Assembly (NCBI GenBank): GCA_016930235.1
Contig: JAFGHI010000045.1
Coordinates: 7,947 to 71,946 of the forward strand
DNA length: 64,000 nucleotides
Direction of reading: 5' to 3'
DNA from: Candidatus Omnitrophota bacterium
Lineage (GTDB): Bacteria; Omnitrophota; Omnitrophia; Omnitrophales; Aquincolibacteriaceae
How positions within the stretch are numbered: position 1 is the stretch's first letter; every line of letters starts with the position of its first letter. Below, one piece after another: positions 46,071-56,406 of the stretch. A program made the translations under genes and the position numbers. Under the pieces are notes generated by a model. The model saw nothing but the letters and a program-made list of their open reading frames with translations, had not been told where the DNA came from and ran no database searches.

Positions 46071-49000
46071 GCAACTCATCATCGGTCCTGCCGGTTCAGG
46101 AAAGACTCACGATCTCATCCAGGATTTTGAGAAGACCTTAAGCGAAAGCCAAAATCCCCTCGAAGAGGATTTTTTCTTTATTGTTCCTTCCCGCGAGCAT
46201 ACCGAGCGGATTGTGACATTGATGGTCCAGCGTGGGATCAAAGGATTTTTTCACCGCCGGGTGACGACGCTTCCGGACCTTGTCATGCGGCTTTTTGGGA
46301 TCCCTGAAGAAGGTGTGGCCACCAATGTCACGCGTTACCTTATCCTCAAAGATATTTTAAAAGAAAACGAATGGGAAACTTTCCGGGGGATCCAGGAAAG
46401 TTCGGGATTCTTGAATCTCATCCTTGCTTTTATCCAGGAACTCAAGGAATCGCTGATTTCGGTGGACGTTTTTAGGGCCCGGACCAACGACCTCAAACGT
46501 CTGGAACCGGAACTTGCACCCAAATATGAGGCCTTGGCGGTGATCTACGAAGCCTACGAAACGGCCTTCAAGGCACGAGGTTTAAGGGACCGCCAGGATG
46601 CCTTGACGATTTACCGTTCCAAGGAGAAACCGCCCACCGCTTATCGCTTGAGAAAGGTTTGGCTTGACGGATTCTTTGATTTTTCCGAAGTCCAATTCGG
46701 ATATCTCGAGGAACTTTCCAAGCGCACAGATGAAATGAAAGTTACCCTGACGTATGATCCGTCACCTCACCGCAGAGAACTTTTCGAGGCGGTTCTTACC
46801 ACCAAGGAAGCTTTTGAGCAAATGGGATTCGAGATCTTGAATAAGAAACTTCCGCCTTCCGCAGCCAAGGCCGGTTTTCAAAATAGAGAACTGGCTTATC
46901 TGGAAAATCATCTTTTTTCTTCGAGCTTACCCAAACAGAAAATGAAACCGCCCGGTCATATTCAAGTCTTTGAAGCGATCGGGATGGAAGGCGAGCTCGA
47001 GATGATTGCCCGTTCGATTCAAAAGCAGCATCGCTTGGGTGATTACCGGTTCAGCGATTTTGCCCTACTTTTAAGGCAAATCGGGGATTATGAACAGGTG
47101 ATCCGTTCTGTTTTCGGCCGTTACAAAATTCCGTTTGAAATTCACGAGCGTGAAAGACTGAATTTTGCTCCCTTGATGCAGGTCTTCGGGAAACTTCTCA
47201 AGATTTTCAGAGACGGCTGGCGCAAGCAGGACTTGACGGAATTCTTAAAATCGTCTTACGTTCGGACCTTGGGCGGCGAAGCCAAGGATTACGAATGGGT
47301 GAGCCGGCTTGAACACAGGGCGATGGAGCTGGGCATTTTCCGGAAACGGGAAAACTGGTTCGCACCGTGGGACCCAAAATCTTGCGGTAAAGATTTCAAT
47401 ACGAAAAAAGCAAAAGGCCTTCAGGACCTTGCGGATTTGGAAGATTCTCTGGCCCGGGCCAAGACGATTTCCGAGATCAAGATCCGACTAATCGAGGCAG
47501 CGCGAAAAACATTCGGGATTTTCCAGCGGTTCGATTCCAGCGAAGAATACGTCAGGCGCGATGCCGCCAGCTACAAAAGGTTTTTGGCGATCTTAGATGA
47601 GATTGATGTATCTTACCGTTTGCCGGGGCGCAGTCAGGCCGGTATCCCCGTCACGTTGGAATCTTTTATGGACCGTTTTTTTCGTCTTTTGGATCTGGAT
47701 CTTTTTTCGCTTCCTGAACGCGATAAGAACAAGGTGCAGATTTATGATGTCTCGATGGCCCGCCAGAAAGAGTACAAGGTTGTCTATTTGGCCGGTCTCC
47801 TTGAAAAGAGGTTTCCGGTCCAAATGAAGGAAAATCCGGTCCTTTCGGATTGGGAAAGACAGCTTTTTAACGGTACCCACAAAAGCGGGATCCTCAAACT
47901 CCAGCTTCCCCGGCAGCGGATGGAGCGGTATCTTTTTTATCTGGCGGTGACACGCGCGAAAGAGAAACTTTTCTTGAGTTATCCGCGTCTTGATTTGGAG
48001 GGCAAGGAATCGCTTCCTTCTTATTACCTGGAAGAGGCCGAGAAGGTTTTTGACGGCCCGCTTGTTCGCGAGAAGCAGGATTTGAGCCGTCCGTATCCCA
48101 AGATGGAATCCCTGGTCAATGAGCGTGAGCTTGAAATGGCCCTTTTGGGTGAATTTTTCTCTCAAAGTCCGAGTAAGAGAGAAACTTCGGCGCTCCGGCT
48201 TTTTCTTTTTAATGAGGTGCTGAAGAATAAGACCAGCCAGGGAAAAATCCGCCGCGCCTTTTATGAAATCAAAACAGAGCTGACGGATGAAAAGATCCTC
48301 GAAAAAGATCCTTTTAAGGCGTCGAAGACAAGTGCCACCGGTCTGGAAGATTATGCCAAGTGTCCTTTTAAATATTATGCCCGCCGGGTGTTAGCGCTAA
48401 ACGATCCCGAAGAAGATGTGAATATCTTCAGGCGGGGCCTCATCCTGCACGAAGTCCTGGAACATTTCTTCCGGGCCGCTAAGAAGGACCCCAGGATTTT
48501 TGGAAAGCTCGAAGAGATCCGCGATTTGCTTTCCTCGAAACTTGAAGAGGCCTTGAAAGAGTTTCCTTTGGTCCTGGATCAACAGTACCGGATGGACTTG
48601 GAACTTGAAGATCTCCGGGAAATGCTGGAACGTTTTGTGGAAACGGAGATCGAACGCCTGAAAGACTCGCCTTTGAAGCCGGAACATTTCGAACTCGATT
48701 TCGGAGGTCCCGGAAGCAAAATCCCGCCCTTGGTTCTTCAAGACGGAAAAAGAGAGATTCTGATCCGGGGCAAGATTGATCGGGTGGATGCGGATCCTCG
48801 TGCCAAGGTCGGCGCGGTCCTGGATTATAAGAGGACCGCTTCCTTTAAACGCGGGGAGCTTGATCTCGGAGTTGCCTTGCAGCTTCCGCTTTATTCCCTG
48901 GTGTTAAAAGAGATCCTGAAACTTGAAGTGGCCGGAGCGGAGCTTTATTCGATCAAGAAATGCGAGAAAAGCGGTTTTTATCGTTCCGATTATCTGAATT

Positions 49001-49269
49001 ACTTTCCGGGAGTAACCGCAAGACGAATGGTCTTAAAAGAAAAGGAATTTGAAGATGTTTTAAGCCGGTGTGTGGAGTTCGTCCTTTTGTTCAGTTCGGA
49101 AATGAAGGTCTTGAAAATGCCGGTCAGGCCCCGGCAATGCGATTCCTTTTGTCCTTACAGTTCCGTATGCCGGATCGAAAAATGGCGGCTGCCGTTAATT
49201 CTTGAAGAAATCCGTGAGGAAGACAAGAAAAGGCGGGAAGAAACCAAAGAGCACGCGCTCACAAAGTAG
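46063..49269 (+). CDS. addB: AddB/RexB-like helicase-nuclease subunit
   Basis: GPAGSGKT, DGF, YLAVTRA, CPF, RGKIDRVD..DYK, QLPLY, C-x3-C-x5-C Fe-S tail. Confidence 0.85.
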   Translation: MSRQLIIGPAGSGKTHDLIQDFEKTLSESQNPLEEDFFFIVPSREHTERIVTLMVQRGIKGFFHRRVTTLPDLVMRLFGIPEEGVATNVTRYLILKDILKENEWETFRGIQESSGFLNLILAFIQELKESLISVDVFRARTNDLKRLEPELAPKYEALAVIYEAYETAFKARGLRDRQDALTIYRSKEKPPTAYRLRKVWLDGFFDFSEVQFGYLEELSKRTDEMKVTLTYDPSPHRRELFEAVLTTKEAFEQMGFEILNKKLPPSAAKAGFQNRELAYLENHLFSSSLPKQKMKPPGHIQVFEAIGMEGELEMIARSIQKQHRLGDYRFSDFALLLRQIGDYEQVIRSVFGRYKIPFEIHERERLNFAPLMQVFGKLLKIFRDGWRKQDLTEFLKSSYVRTLGGEAKDYEWVSRLEHRAMELGIFRKRENWFAPWDPKSCGKDFNTKKAKGLQDLADLEDSLARAKTISEIKIRLIEAARKTFGIFQRFDSSEEYVRRDAASYKRFLAILDEIDVSYRLPGRSQAGIPVTLESFMDRFFRLLDLDLFSLPERDKNKVQIYDVSMARQKEYKVVYLAGLLEKRFPVQMKENPVLSDWERQLFNGTHKSGILKLQLPRQRMERYLFYLAVTRAKEKLFLSYPRLDLEGKESLPSYYLEEAEKVFDGPLVREKQDLSRPYPKMESLVNERELEMALLGEFFSQSPSKRETSALRLFLFNEVLKNKTSQGKIRRAFYEIKTELTDEKILEKDPFKASKTSATGLEDYAKCPFKYYARRVLALNDPEEDVNIFRRGLILHEVLEHFFRAAKKDPRIFGKLEEIRDLLSSKLEEALKEFPLVLDQQYRMDLELEDLREMLERFVETEIERLKDSPLKPEHFELDFGGPGSKIPPLVLQDGKREILIRGKIDRVDADPRAKVGAVLDYKRTASFKRGELDLGVALQLPLYSLVLKEILKLEVAGAELYSIKKCEKSGFYRSDYLNYFPGVTARRMVLKEKEFEDVLSRCVEFVLLFSSEMKVLKMPVRPRQCDSFCPYSSVCRIEKWRLPLILEEIREEDKKRREETKEHALTK

Positions 49270-49278
49270 GCAGGATTG

Positions 49279-52200
49279 ATGAAACTCACTAAGACGCAGG
49301 AAAAAGCGGTGAAATCAACTGGCGGAAATGTCCTTGTCTCGGCAGGTGCGGGGACAGGGAAGACCACGGTGCTTGTGGAGAGATTTCTCCATTTTGTGGT
49401 CTCCGGCGAGGCCTTGGCAACGGAGATCCTGACGGTCACCTTTACGGAAAAGGCAGCCAACGAAATGAAGGCGAGGATCCGCCGCCGCCTTTCTGAGATA
49501 GGACTCGAATCAGCGCGGCGTGACCTCGAATCGGCTTACATTTCGACGCTTCATGCTTTTGCGGCCCGTTTGTTACGGGAGCATCCGATTGAAGCCGGAG
49601 TGGATCCGGATTTCCGGGTGATTGAATCCGAGGAGTCGGATTTCTTAAAGGAGCAGGCTCTCGATGAAACGATGGAAGCCGCCTGTCAAAAAGGAAACGA
49701 CATCTTCACGCTTGTCCGGATCTACGGGGAAGAAACGCTCCGGCGGGGTCTTCTGCATGTTTTCGATACGGCCCGGCACGAAGGGCTTTTTCTTAAAACC
49801 TTTTTCGAGAATTCAAAGGAGCAATCCTCCTCGGTCAATGAGGCCGGCCTTCGCCAAAAGATTGCTGATTTACTCAAAAGACTTGAGGCCGAAGAGGACC
49901 CTTCCGGTTGGGAGCTTTTCGGGTCCGAAGGGGATTGGGACTGGGGAAAAATCGAAGAATTTAAGGAGTGGATGCGTCCTTTTTCCCGGCGCGGCGGTAA
50001 GAAAGCAAAACATCTTTGGAAAGAGCTGCTGGAATATTCAAGAACCCTGCTTTCTCTCAAAATCGAAATAAAATCCAAACCTTGGAAAGAAAAGTTTGAA
50101 GCCCTTGCCTTTATTTTTGAAGAAAGGTACGAGGCAAAGAAAAGAGAAAAGGGGTTTCTGGATTTTGATGATCTCCAAATCAAAGCGGTCGGTTTATTTT
50201 CAAATCCCGCGCGTGCCAATCAGAAATTGCGGGAGCGTTACCAGGCAAAATTCCGTCAAATCCTGGTCGATGAGTTTCAGGACACCAATTCGCTTCAGGT
50301 CCGGTTTGTGGAACTCTTGAGCCGGGGCAATAATCTCTTTTTTGTGGGGGATTATAAGCAGTCGATTTATGCCTTTCGCGGGGCCGAGCCCGAAATCTTT
50401 TTGGACAAAAACGAGCGGTGCCGCAAGAAGGAAGAGGGCGAACGGGTTTCCCTGAATGAGAATTTTCGCTCTTACCCGAAAGTGATTGATTTTGTGAACC
50501 AATTTTTTGGAAAACTCTGGCAGGATGACAGTTTTCTTTTTGAACCGCTTGTGACGGGCACTCAAGAAAAAAAAGAGGACGGGGCGGGAATCGAAATTCT
50601 GAAAGTTGAAGCCAAAGAGGATGAGTTGATGGAAAGGGCCAGGATGCGCGAAGCCGATGAAATCGCCGACCGTATTCTCGAATTGCAGGAAGCGGGGGTG
50701 TCCTTTGGCGGGATCGCGATTTTGTTCCAGGCAATGTCGGACGTGGGGATTTATGAACAGGCGCTCAAGCGCAAAGGGATCCCTTATTATGCGCTTTCGA
50801 GCCGCGGGTTTTATCACCAGCACGAAATCCGGGACATGATGAGTTTCCTTGCCTTCTTGGAGAATCCCTTGTCTGATATCCCGCTTGCCGGCGTGCTTCG
50901 CTCGCCGATGTTTCAGGTTTCGGATAACAGTCTTTTCTGGATGTCGGACTTCCTTAAAGGCCGGTCGGAGGGGAAAAAGGAAAGGCCTCTTGTTGAAGCC
51001 GTCAAACGAATCGATGAAATTGAATCGATCCCTGAGGATGAAAAGCAAAAAATCCGCTTTTTTCACGGGCTCGCGGGCGAACTCCTGGCGATTAAGGACC
51101 GTTTGAAGATCAATGAACTGCTGGATTTGATTTTGATGAGGACCTCCTATGAATTAACCGTTCTGGCGGACTTGGAGGGGACAAGGCGGCTTGCTAATCT
51201 GAAAAAGCTTGTCAATTTGGCGCGGGAATTCGAAAGTTTCGAGCCTTTGTCTTTGGGAAATTTCTTGAGGACCGTCAAACGCCTGGAATCCCAGGAGGTC
51301 CGGGAGTCCGAGGCGCAGATCGAGGCGGAAGAGAGCGGACATGTGGTCAGGCTGCTTTCGATTCACCGTGCGAAAGGGCTCGAGTTTGACGTGGTCTTTG
51401 TCTCAGATATGGGGCGCTCGCGGCAAGCCTTGGAATCGAGAACGTTTTTGGCCAAGGTGGGCGAAGGGTATGCGTTCGAGGTCAGGAACGAATTAACGCT
51501 TGAGATGGAGCAGCCTTTCGTTTGGAAGCGGATTTACGAAAAGATTTTTCGTCAAGACCGAGAAGAGTGGAAGCGGCTTCTTTATGTAGCGATGACGAGG
51601 GCGAAAAAGAGGTTAGCCCTTACGGGGGTTTTTAAAGAAAAGAAGAATGAGAAAGACAGCTTTGATGAAATGTCCTCCTGGATGGAATGGTTGTCGAGGC
51701 TGGAAGAAGATTTAGAGGGTATCGAAATCAAAAAGTCGGGAAAGGCAAAGCCTGCCGGGAGGAAGGCACTACCGTCAGGGGAAAGGTTCCTTGAAGTCTT
51801 TCCCGGATTTGAACCTGTCGAACGGAAGAAACTTTTACCGAAGAAGAACCTTCAGGAAGAAGTGATTCCCGCGGCCGAGGACATTTTCCGGTCCTTGGAA
51901 ACGAAGCCGGTGGTGTCTGCAAGGAGTATTGATTTGCCGGTGTCGGCTTATGCGGCCTTTCGGAAATCCCCGGAGCATTATCTGCGCGTCTATGAAGTGG
52001 GGTACCCGGACGAACCTGAAGGCGACGGGACTGTTGAAACAAAAGAAAACGAAGAGGAAGCCGTGGCGGCCGATTTCGGAACGGCCATGCACCGTGTCTT
52101 GGAACGACTTGACTTTAAGCATCCTCAGGGGACGGAAAACGAACTTATCGAAGAGTGTTTCTGCTCTTTTTCAAAGGAGCAAAAGCAGGAAGCAAAAGGT

Positions 52201-52635
52201 TATTTGCGGGCTTTTCTCCAATCGCCGCTTTTTGAAGAATTGAGGCGTGCGAAGGTTGTCAGGAAAGAAATCCCGTTCCTTTTAAACGAAAGGCACGGAT
52301 TGATCCACGGGGTGATCGATGTTCTCTTTCAAGATGAAAAAAACAAGTGGCATCTTATCGATTACAAGACGGCTGTGGGAGACGAAAAAAAGGTGAAGGA
52401 TTCGGGTTATGAAGTACAGATGGAGATTTATGCTTATGCCCTTGGCACCCTTTTGGGCGTGTGGCCGGCCTCGGCCCGTTTAGTTTTCCTGAAGAATCAG
52501 TGGACTTGCCCGATACATCTAAGTAGGGAGAAGGTTTTTGAACTGGAGAAAAAAATTCAAGGAATGCAGGAAGAAATTCTTTTGCTGAGGAATCAGGAAG
52601 CAAGCAACGTGGAGTCTTCAATAGGTCAGGAGTGA
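49279..52635 (+). CDS. addA: AddA/RexA-like UvrD helicase-nuclease subunit
   Basis: AGAGTGKT, TFTEKAA, DEFQDT, VGDYKQSIYAFRGA, IHRAKGLEF, YVAMTRA, GVID..DYKT. Confidence 0.9.
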   Translation: MKLTKTQEKAVKSTGGNVLVSAGAGTGKTTVLVERFLHFVVSGEALATEILTVTFTEKAANEMKARIRRRLSEIGLESARRDLESAYISTLHAFAARLLREHPIEAGVDPDFRVIESEESDFLKEQALDETMEAACQKGNDIFTLVRIYGEETLRRGLLHVFDTARHEGLFLKTFFENSKEQSSSVNEAGLRQKIADLLKRLEAEEDPSGWELFGSEGDWDWGKIEEFKEWMRPFSRRGGKKAKHLWKELLEYSRTLLSLKIEIKSKPWKEKFEALAFIFEERYEAKKREKGFLDFDDLQIKAVGLFSNPARANQKLRERYQAKFRQILVDEFQDTNSLQVRFVELLSRGNNLFFVGDYKQSIYAFRGAEPEIFLDKNERCRKKEEGERVSLNENFRSYPKVIDFVNQFFGKLWQDDSFLFEPLVTGTQEKKEDGAGIEILKVEAKEDELMERARMREADEIADRILELQEAGVSFGGIAILFQAMSDVGIYEQALKRKGIPYYALSSRGFYHQHEIRDMMSFLAFLENPLSDIPLAGVLRSPMFQVSDNSLFWMSDFLKGRSEGKKERPLVEAVKRIDEIESIPEDEKQKIRFFHGLAGELLAIKDRLKINELLDLILMRTSYELTVLADLEGTRRLANLKKLVNLAREFESFEPLSLGNFLRTVKRLESQEVRESEAQIEAEESGHVVRLLSIHRAKGLEFDVVFVSDMGRSRQALESRTFLAKVGEGYAFEVRNELTLEMEQPFVWKRIYEKIFRQDREEWKRLLYVAMTRAKKRLALTGVFKEKKNEKDSFDEMSSWMEWLSRLEEDLEGIEIKKSGKAKPAGRKALPSGERFLEVFPGFEPVERKKLLPKKNLQEEVIPAAEDIFRSLETKPVVSARSIDLPVSAYAAFRKSPEHYLRVYEVGYPDEPEGDGTVETKENEEEAVAADFGTAMHRVLERLDFKHPQGTENELIEECFCSFSKEQKQEAKGYLRAFLQSPLFEELRRAKVVRKEIPFLLNERHGLIHGVIDVLFQDEKNKWHLIDYKTAVGDEKKVKDSGYEVQMEIYAYALGTLLGVWPASARLVFLKNQWTCPIHLSREKVFELEKKIQGMQEEILLLRNQEASNVESSIGQE

Positions 52636-52636
52636 G

Positions 52637-52819
52637 ATGTATTGTTATTTTTGCGGGAGAAACTTTGAGGCCGTCGAAGGATTCGAGGAAATCCGCAATC
52701 ACCGTAATCGTTTTATCCGTTGCGAATCGTGTTCGATGGAACAGCGCGAAGAAGAATATAATTGGCAGATGAATTCCGAAGGGCGCTCCATGACGAATGG
52801 CGAACGGGATTCTTCGTAA
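52637..52819 (+). CDS. Small zinc-ribbon-like protein
   Basis: CYFC...CESC; AGGAG RBS; 1 nt after the addA stop. Confidence 0.6.
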   Translation: MYCYFCGRNFEAVEGFEEIRNHRNRFIRCESCSMEQREEEYNWQMNSEGRSMTNGERDSS

Positions 52820-52963
52820 CGCATCAAACAGACGTGACAAATCACGGGTCTTTTGACATAATAAGCGCCATTCCTTTGCTGAAAGGGGTCTTAGGGCCTC
52901 CTGAAGCATTGAGAGGATGTATTCTCAGGGCGTAAAGGCGATCCGTTTTTTGAGGTTATCCGT

Positions 52964-53332
52964 ATGGCAAATGAAAAAAAGATTTTGGTTGTTGACGATG
53001 AAGATGATGTCCGGCTTTTCCTGCAGGATTTCTTAAACGAACGTAATCTTGCCGTCGAAGCGGCAGGTAACGGCGAAGAGGCCCTCAAAAAGATAGAAGC
53101 GAATCCTCCCGATATCGTTCTCTTGGATATCATGATGCCGGGGATGGATGGTCTGACCTGCCTGGAACAGATCAAGAAAAAACACCCCAAGATTATGGTG
53201 GTGATGATCACGGCCCTTAAGGACGAAACCCGGATCAATCGAGCCAAAGAACTCGGGGCCCACAATTATATCGTCAAACCCTTCAGCTTGAGTTATCTCG
53301 AAACAGAATTGATGAAATTGTTCCAAGGTTAA
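52964..53332 (+). CDS. Single-domain response regulator (CheY-like)
   Basis: ILVVDD, LLDIMMPGMDG, ITA, KPF. Confidence 0.93.
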   Translation: MANEKKILVVDDEDDVRLFLQDFLNERNLAVEAAGNGEEALKKIEANPPDIVLLDIMMPGMDGLTCLEQIKKKHPKIMVVMITALKDETRINRAKELGAHNYIVKPFSLSYLETELMKLFQG

Positions 53333-53344
53333 TCGAGCGGCCTG

Positions 53345-53379
53345 GATTTCCCCCTCTTTTTTTGACGGGGGATTTTTTT
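53345..53379 (+). terminator. Probable intrinsic terminator
   Basis: TCCCCC...GGGGGA stem followed by T7. Confidence 0.6.
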
Positions 53380-53417
53380 GTTGTTCTGCGTTATGAAACC
53401 GTACGAAAGGCTGGTTC

Positions 53418-54074
53418 ATGAAAATCATCTTCTATGATTTGGACGGTACCTTGGTCGATACGGCCCAGGATATTGCGAATGCAGCCAATTATATGCTGCG
53501 TGAGTTGGGGAGTCCGGAGCTTTCGCGGGAGGAGATCGCGCGTTACGTCGGCAAAGGACTTCATCAACTGATTCAGGCTTGTGTCAGGTCCGATGAAAAA
53601 AAACTGATTGAAAAGGGAGCGAAAATTTACCGTTCGCACTACCAAGCGCATATGCTTGATCACAGTGCTCTGTATCCGGGGGCTCGGGAAGTCCTCGATT
53701 ATTTTTCGTCCGTCAAACAGGTGATTGTGACCAATAAGCCCAATCCTTATGCCCGGGAACTTTTGGAGGCCCTTGGCGTGGGCGGCATTTTTTCGGATAT
53801 CATTGCCGGAGATTCCCCGTTTCCCAAGAAGCCGAATCCTTCGTCCATTCAGCATATCTTGGCCAGGGAAGCGGTTAAGCCTTCGGAAGCGCTTTTCTTG
53901 GGAGACAGTCTGATTGATATTGAAACGGCCCGGAATGCCGGCTTGAAAATAGTTGTATTGACTCATGGATTCGGGCTCGCCGATGAGTTAAAATCAGCGT
54001 CTCCGGACGGGATTTTCCCCGGTCTTTTTGAGTTTTTGGAGTACGCTAAGGAGAAGGGGTGGTCATCGAAATGA
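53418..54074 (+). CDS. HAD hydrolase, phosphoglycolate phosphatase-like
   Basis: DLDGTLVD, TNKP, KKP, GDS..DI..ARNAG. Confidence 0.88.
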   Translation: MKIIFYDLDGTLVDTAQDIANAANYMLRELGSPELSREEIARYVGKGLHQLIQACVRSDEKKLIEKGAKIYRSHYQAHMLDHSALYPGAREVLDYFSSVKQVIVTNKPNPYARELLEALGVGGIFSDIIAGDSPFPKKPNPSSIQHILAREAVKPSEALFLGDSLIDIETARNAGLKIVVLTHGFGLADELKSASPDGIFPGLFEFLEYAKEKGWSSK

Positions 54075-54871
54075 ATATTGAGGAGCAGGTTAACGTTTCA
54101 TCGAATTCGATCCGGGAAGGCGATGCGGTTCTCCTTTGGTTTGGAGAAGACGAGGTCAGTTATTTAGTGGACGTGACGCTGGGGAAGCGTATCGGGATCC
54201 ATTGCGGGCGGCCTTTACTCGTCGATGAATGGATCGGACGTCCGTTTGGGGACAAAGTTGTTTGCGAACACGGTGAAGCCCGGCTCCTGAAGCCGACCAT
54301 GGAAGATTTTATGATGAAGGCCTCCCGGGAAAGCGGAATCATTTATCCCAAAGATGCCGGTTATTTAATCGTCAAAGCCAGCGTGAGTCCGGGTTCTCAA
54401 ATCCTGGAAATCGGAACAGGCTCGGGTTCCCTGACGATGGCGCTTGCTCAGGCTGTTTCTTCGACCGGACATGTCTGGACCTATGACAGACGCGAAGACC
54501 TTCCCAAGAATGCCATCAAGAATATCAAGCGTGCGGGGTTTGAAAAAAATGTCACCTTTTCTCAGCGTCAGGCGGGCGAGCCTTTTCGGGAAAACTTTTT
54601 TGATGTCGCGATTTTGGATATTCCCACACCCTGGGAAGAGGTTGAAGTGGTGAAGCAGGCCTTAAAAGGGGGAGGGCGGATCGTCAGCTTGAACCCGACG
54701 ATGAATCAGATTGAACGAATGGCGGAGACTTTACGGGAAAAGGGATTTTTAAGGGTTGAGAGCGTGGAGCTCTTGGAGCGCCCCATCCTTGCCCGTGCCG
54801 GAAAGACGCGGCCGGTTCAGCGAATGGTCTCTCATACGGAATATCTTGTTTTTGGAACAAGGGTCTTGTAA
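54071..54871 (+). CDS. trmI: tRNA (adenine-58-N1)-methyltransferase TrmI
   Basis: IIYPKD, EIGTGSGSLT, LDIPTPW, Q, HT motifs. Confidence 0.85.
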   Translation: MNIEEQVNVSSNSIREGDAVLLWFGEDEVSYLVDVTLGKRIGIHCGRPLLVDEWIGRPFGDKVVCEHGEARLLKPTMEDFMMKASRESGIIYPKDAGYLIVKASVSPGSQILEIGTGSGSLTMALAQAVSSTGHVWTYDRREDLPKNAIKNIKRAGFEKNVTFSQRQAGEPFRENFFDVAILDIPTPWEEVEVVKQALKGGGRIVSLNPTMNQIERMAETLREKGFLRVESVELLERPILARAGKTRPVQRMVSHTEYLVFGTRVL

Positions 54872-55001
54872 GAACCGACGAATTCAGGGGTTACTAATTT
54901 GATTGATTTCAAAAAGGGCATTTGATAGACTTCTTTGTCAAGTTGGTTGGGTGAAAGATTAAACGGCTTCAAAATCTTAATGTGAAAGAGGAGATCTTTG
55001 C

Positions 55002-55472
55002 ATGAATAATGTTCGCCGAATTTCCCTTTTGGTGTTGTTCCTCAGCCTCCCTCTTTTGTTTACAGCTTGTGCAAGATCCGGTTCGAATAGACAAATCGAT
55101 TCCCTGCAGGCCCAAATCGGGGTTTTGACCGATGAAGTCGTCAGGATCGATGAGGGTTTGCAGGATACACGGGCTGCTCTCCAAATGCAGGAGTCGCGTC
55201 AATACGAAATCTACTCCAAGATGGACACCGTCAAACAGTCGTCCAGCGCTATGTACCGTACGCCATCAGGTTTTGAAATCCCGGCCCTGAGCCTTCAAGA
55301 GGCTTTAAAGAATGCGGGGTATTACAAAGGGACTTTGGATGGCAAGATCGGGTCTGGAACGCGTGAAGCCATCAAGAACTTTCAACGCGATAACGGTTTG
55401 AAAGTCGATGGTGTTTGCGGACGGAATACTTGGGAAAGATTGAAGGTCTATTTACGAGGCAGTATTAAATAG
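55002..55472 (+). CDS. Lipoprotein with C-terminal peptidoglycan-binding domain
   Basis: Lipobox FTAC; LQEALKNAGYY.G.LDG.IG..T..AI..FQ..NGL.VDG..G..TW. Confidence 0.85.
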   Translation: MNNVRRISLLVLFLSLPLLFTACARSGSNRQIDSLQAQIGVLTDEVVRIDEGLQDTRAALQMQESRQYEIYSKMDTVKQSSSAMYRTPSGFEIPALSLQEALKNAGYYKGTLDGKIGSGTREAIKNFQRDNGLKVDGVCGRNTWERLKVYLRGSIK

Positions 55473-55756
55473 CGGAACCTGTTTTCTTGCTGGATATTTC
55501 GGGAGTCTTTTCTTTGGGGTGAGGTGTGTCTACCCTTCAGCCGCTCTTTTTTCTTCATTTCACATACCGGCAATTACCTGCATTTGTTCTCAGGGAATCC
55601 CTGATTGAGTTCGCAACTGTTTTTATTCAAAGGCGTTAGTGCAAAAAAGCTAAAAATCCGAATCGCTCCGGTTTCGCCTGAGCTATTTCAAAATTCACAA
55701 GGTCGTGGTACATTTTCCGTAAATGCGTTACCTGTGTGCCGTAAAAAGGAGATTTT

Positions 55757-56341
55757 GTGAATTATCAACGGATCAACGCAGAAAGCCACAACATGTCAGA
55801 ATCCGATTTTGATTTTCGATACAATATCCAGCCGGGAAGGCACCTTTATCAGTTCTATAAAGGGATAGAGGACTATGTCAAAGTCGTCGTACCGTTTTTG
55901 CGCGCGGGACTTGAAAAAGGAGAGGCCTGTTTGTGGCTGGTTTCCAGTCAAATCGATTTGGACGAAGTCATGGCTTATATGGAAGAGGAAATACCAAGAC
56001 TTCTTTTCTATGTCAGTTCCGGACAATTGACGATTCGTTCTGCCGAGGAGTGGTATCTGACCGAAGGGCATTTTGATGAAGGCCGGGCCCTCCAGAACGC
56101 CATACAGTTTGGGAACGAGATTCAAAAAAAAGGGTTCCATCGGGTGCGAATGGCAGGGGATGCCGGCGTGATCCCGCACGAAGACTGGCTTTTCTTGAAG
56201 GCCTACGAAGAAAAGTCCGATCAGATCATCAAGGCGAGTCAGGCAATTGTGCTTTGTTGTTATCCTATCCTAGGCTGTGATCTTCATGACACAAAGATGG
56301 TCCTGGAATGTCACGATAATGTTTTGATGGGCCGTTTGTAA
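55757..56341 (+). CDS. Stand-alone MEDS-domain protein
   Basis: H..QFY, PFL.AGL..GE.CLW, GQL, Y...G.FD, VR.AG, YE, LCCY. Confidence 0.75.
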   Translation: MNYQRINAESHNMSESDFDFRYNIQPGRHLYQFYKGIEDYVKVVVPFLRAGLEKGEACLWLVSSQIDLDEVMAYMEEEIPRLLFYVSSGQLTIRSAEEWYLTEGHFDEGRALQNAIQFGNEIQKKGFHRVRMAGDAGVIPHEDWLFLKAYEEKSDQIIKASQAIVLCCYPILGCDLHDTKMVLECHDNVLMGRL

Positions 56342-56406
56342 AAAAATTTTCCCTTCCGTTATCTTTCTCGTTCATAAGTGACCTATTTGTTGTTACAATA
56401 CCCGCC

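Noticed and set aside
52833-52846. CGTGA-CAAA-TCACG dyad as a CRP site
   Set aside because: Spacer is 4 nt rather than 6, and a single 5-bp dyad is expected by chance.
54899-54912. FNR-like box TTGAT-N4-TTCAA
   Set aside because: One mismatch in an AT-rich region, single occurrence, no supporting regulator in the window.
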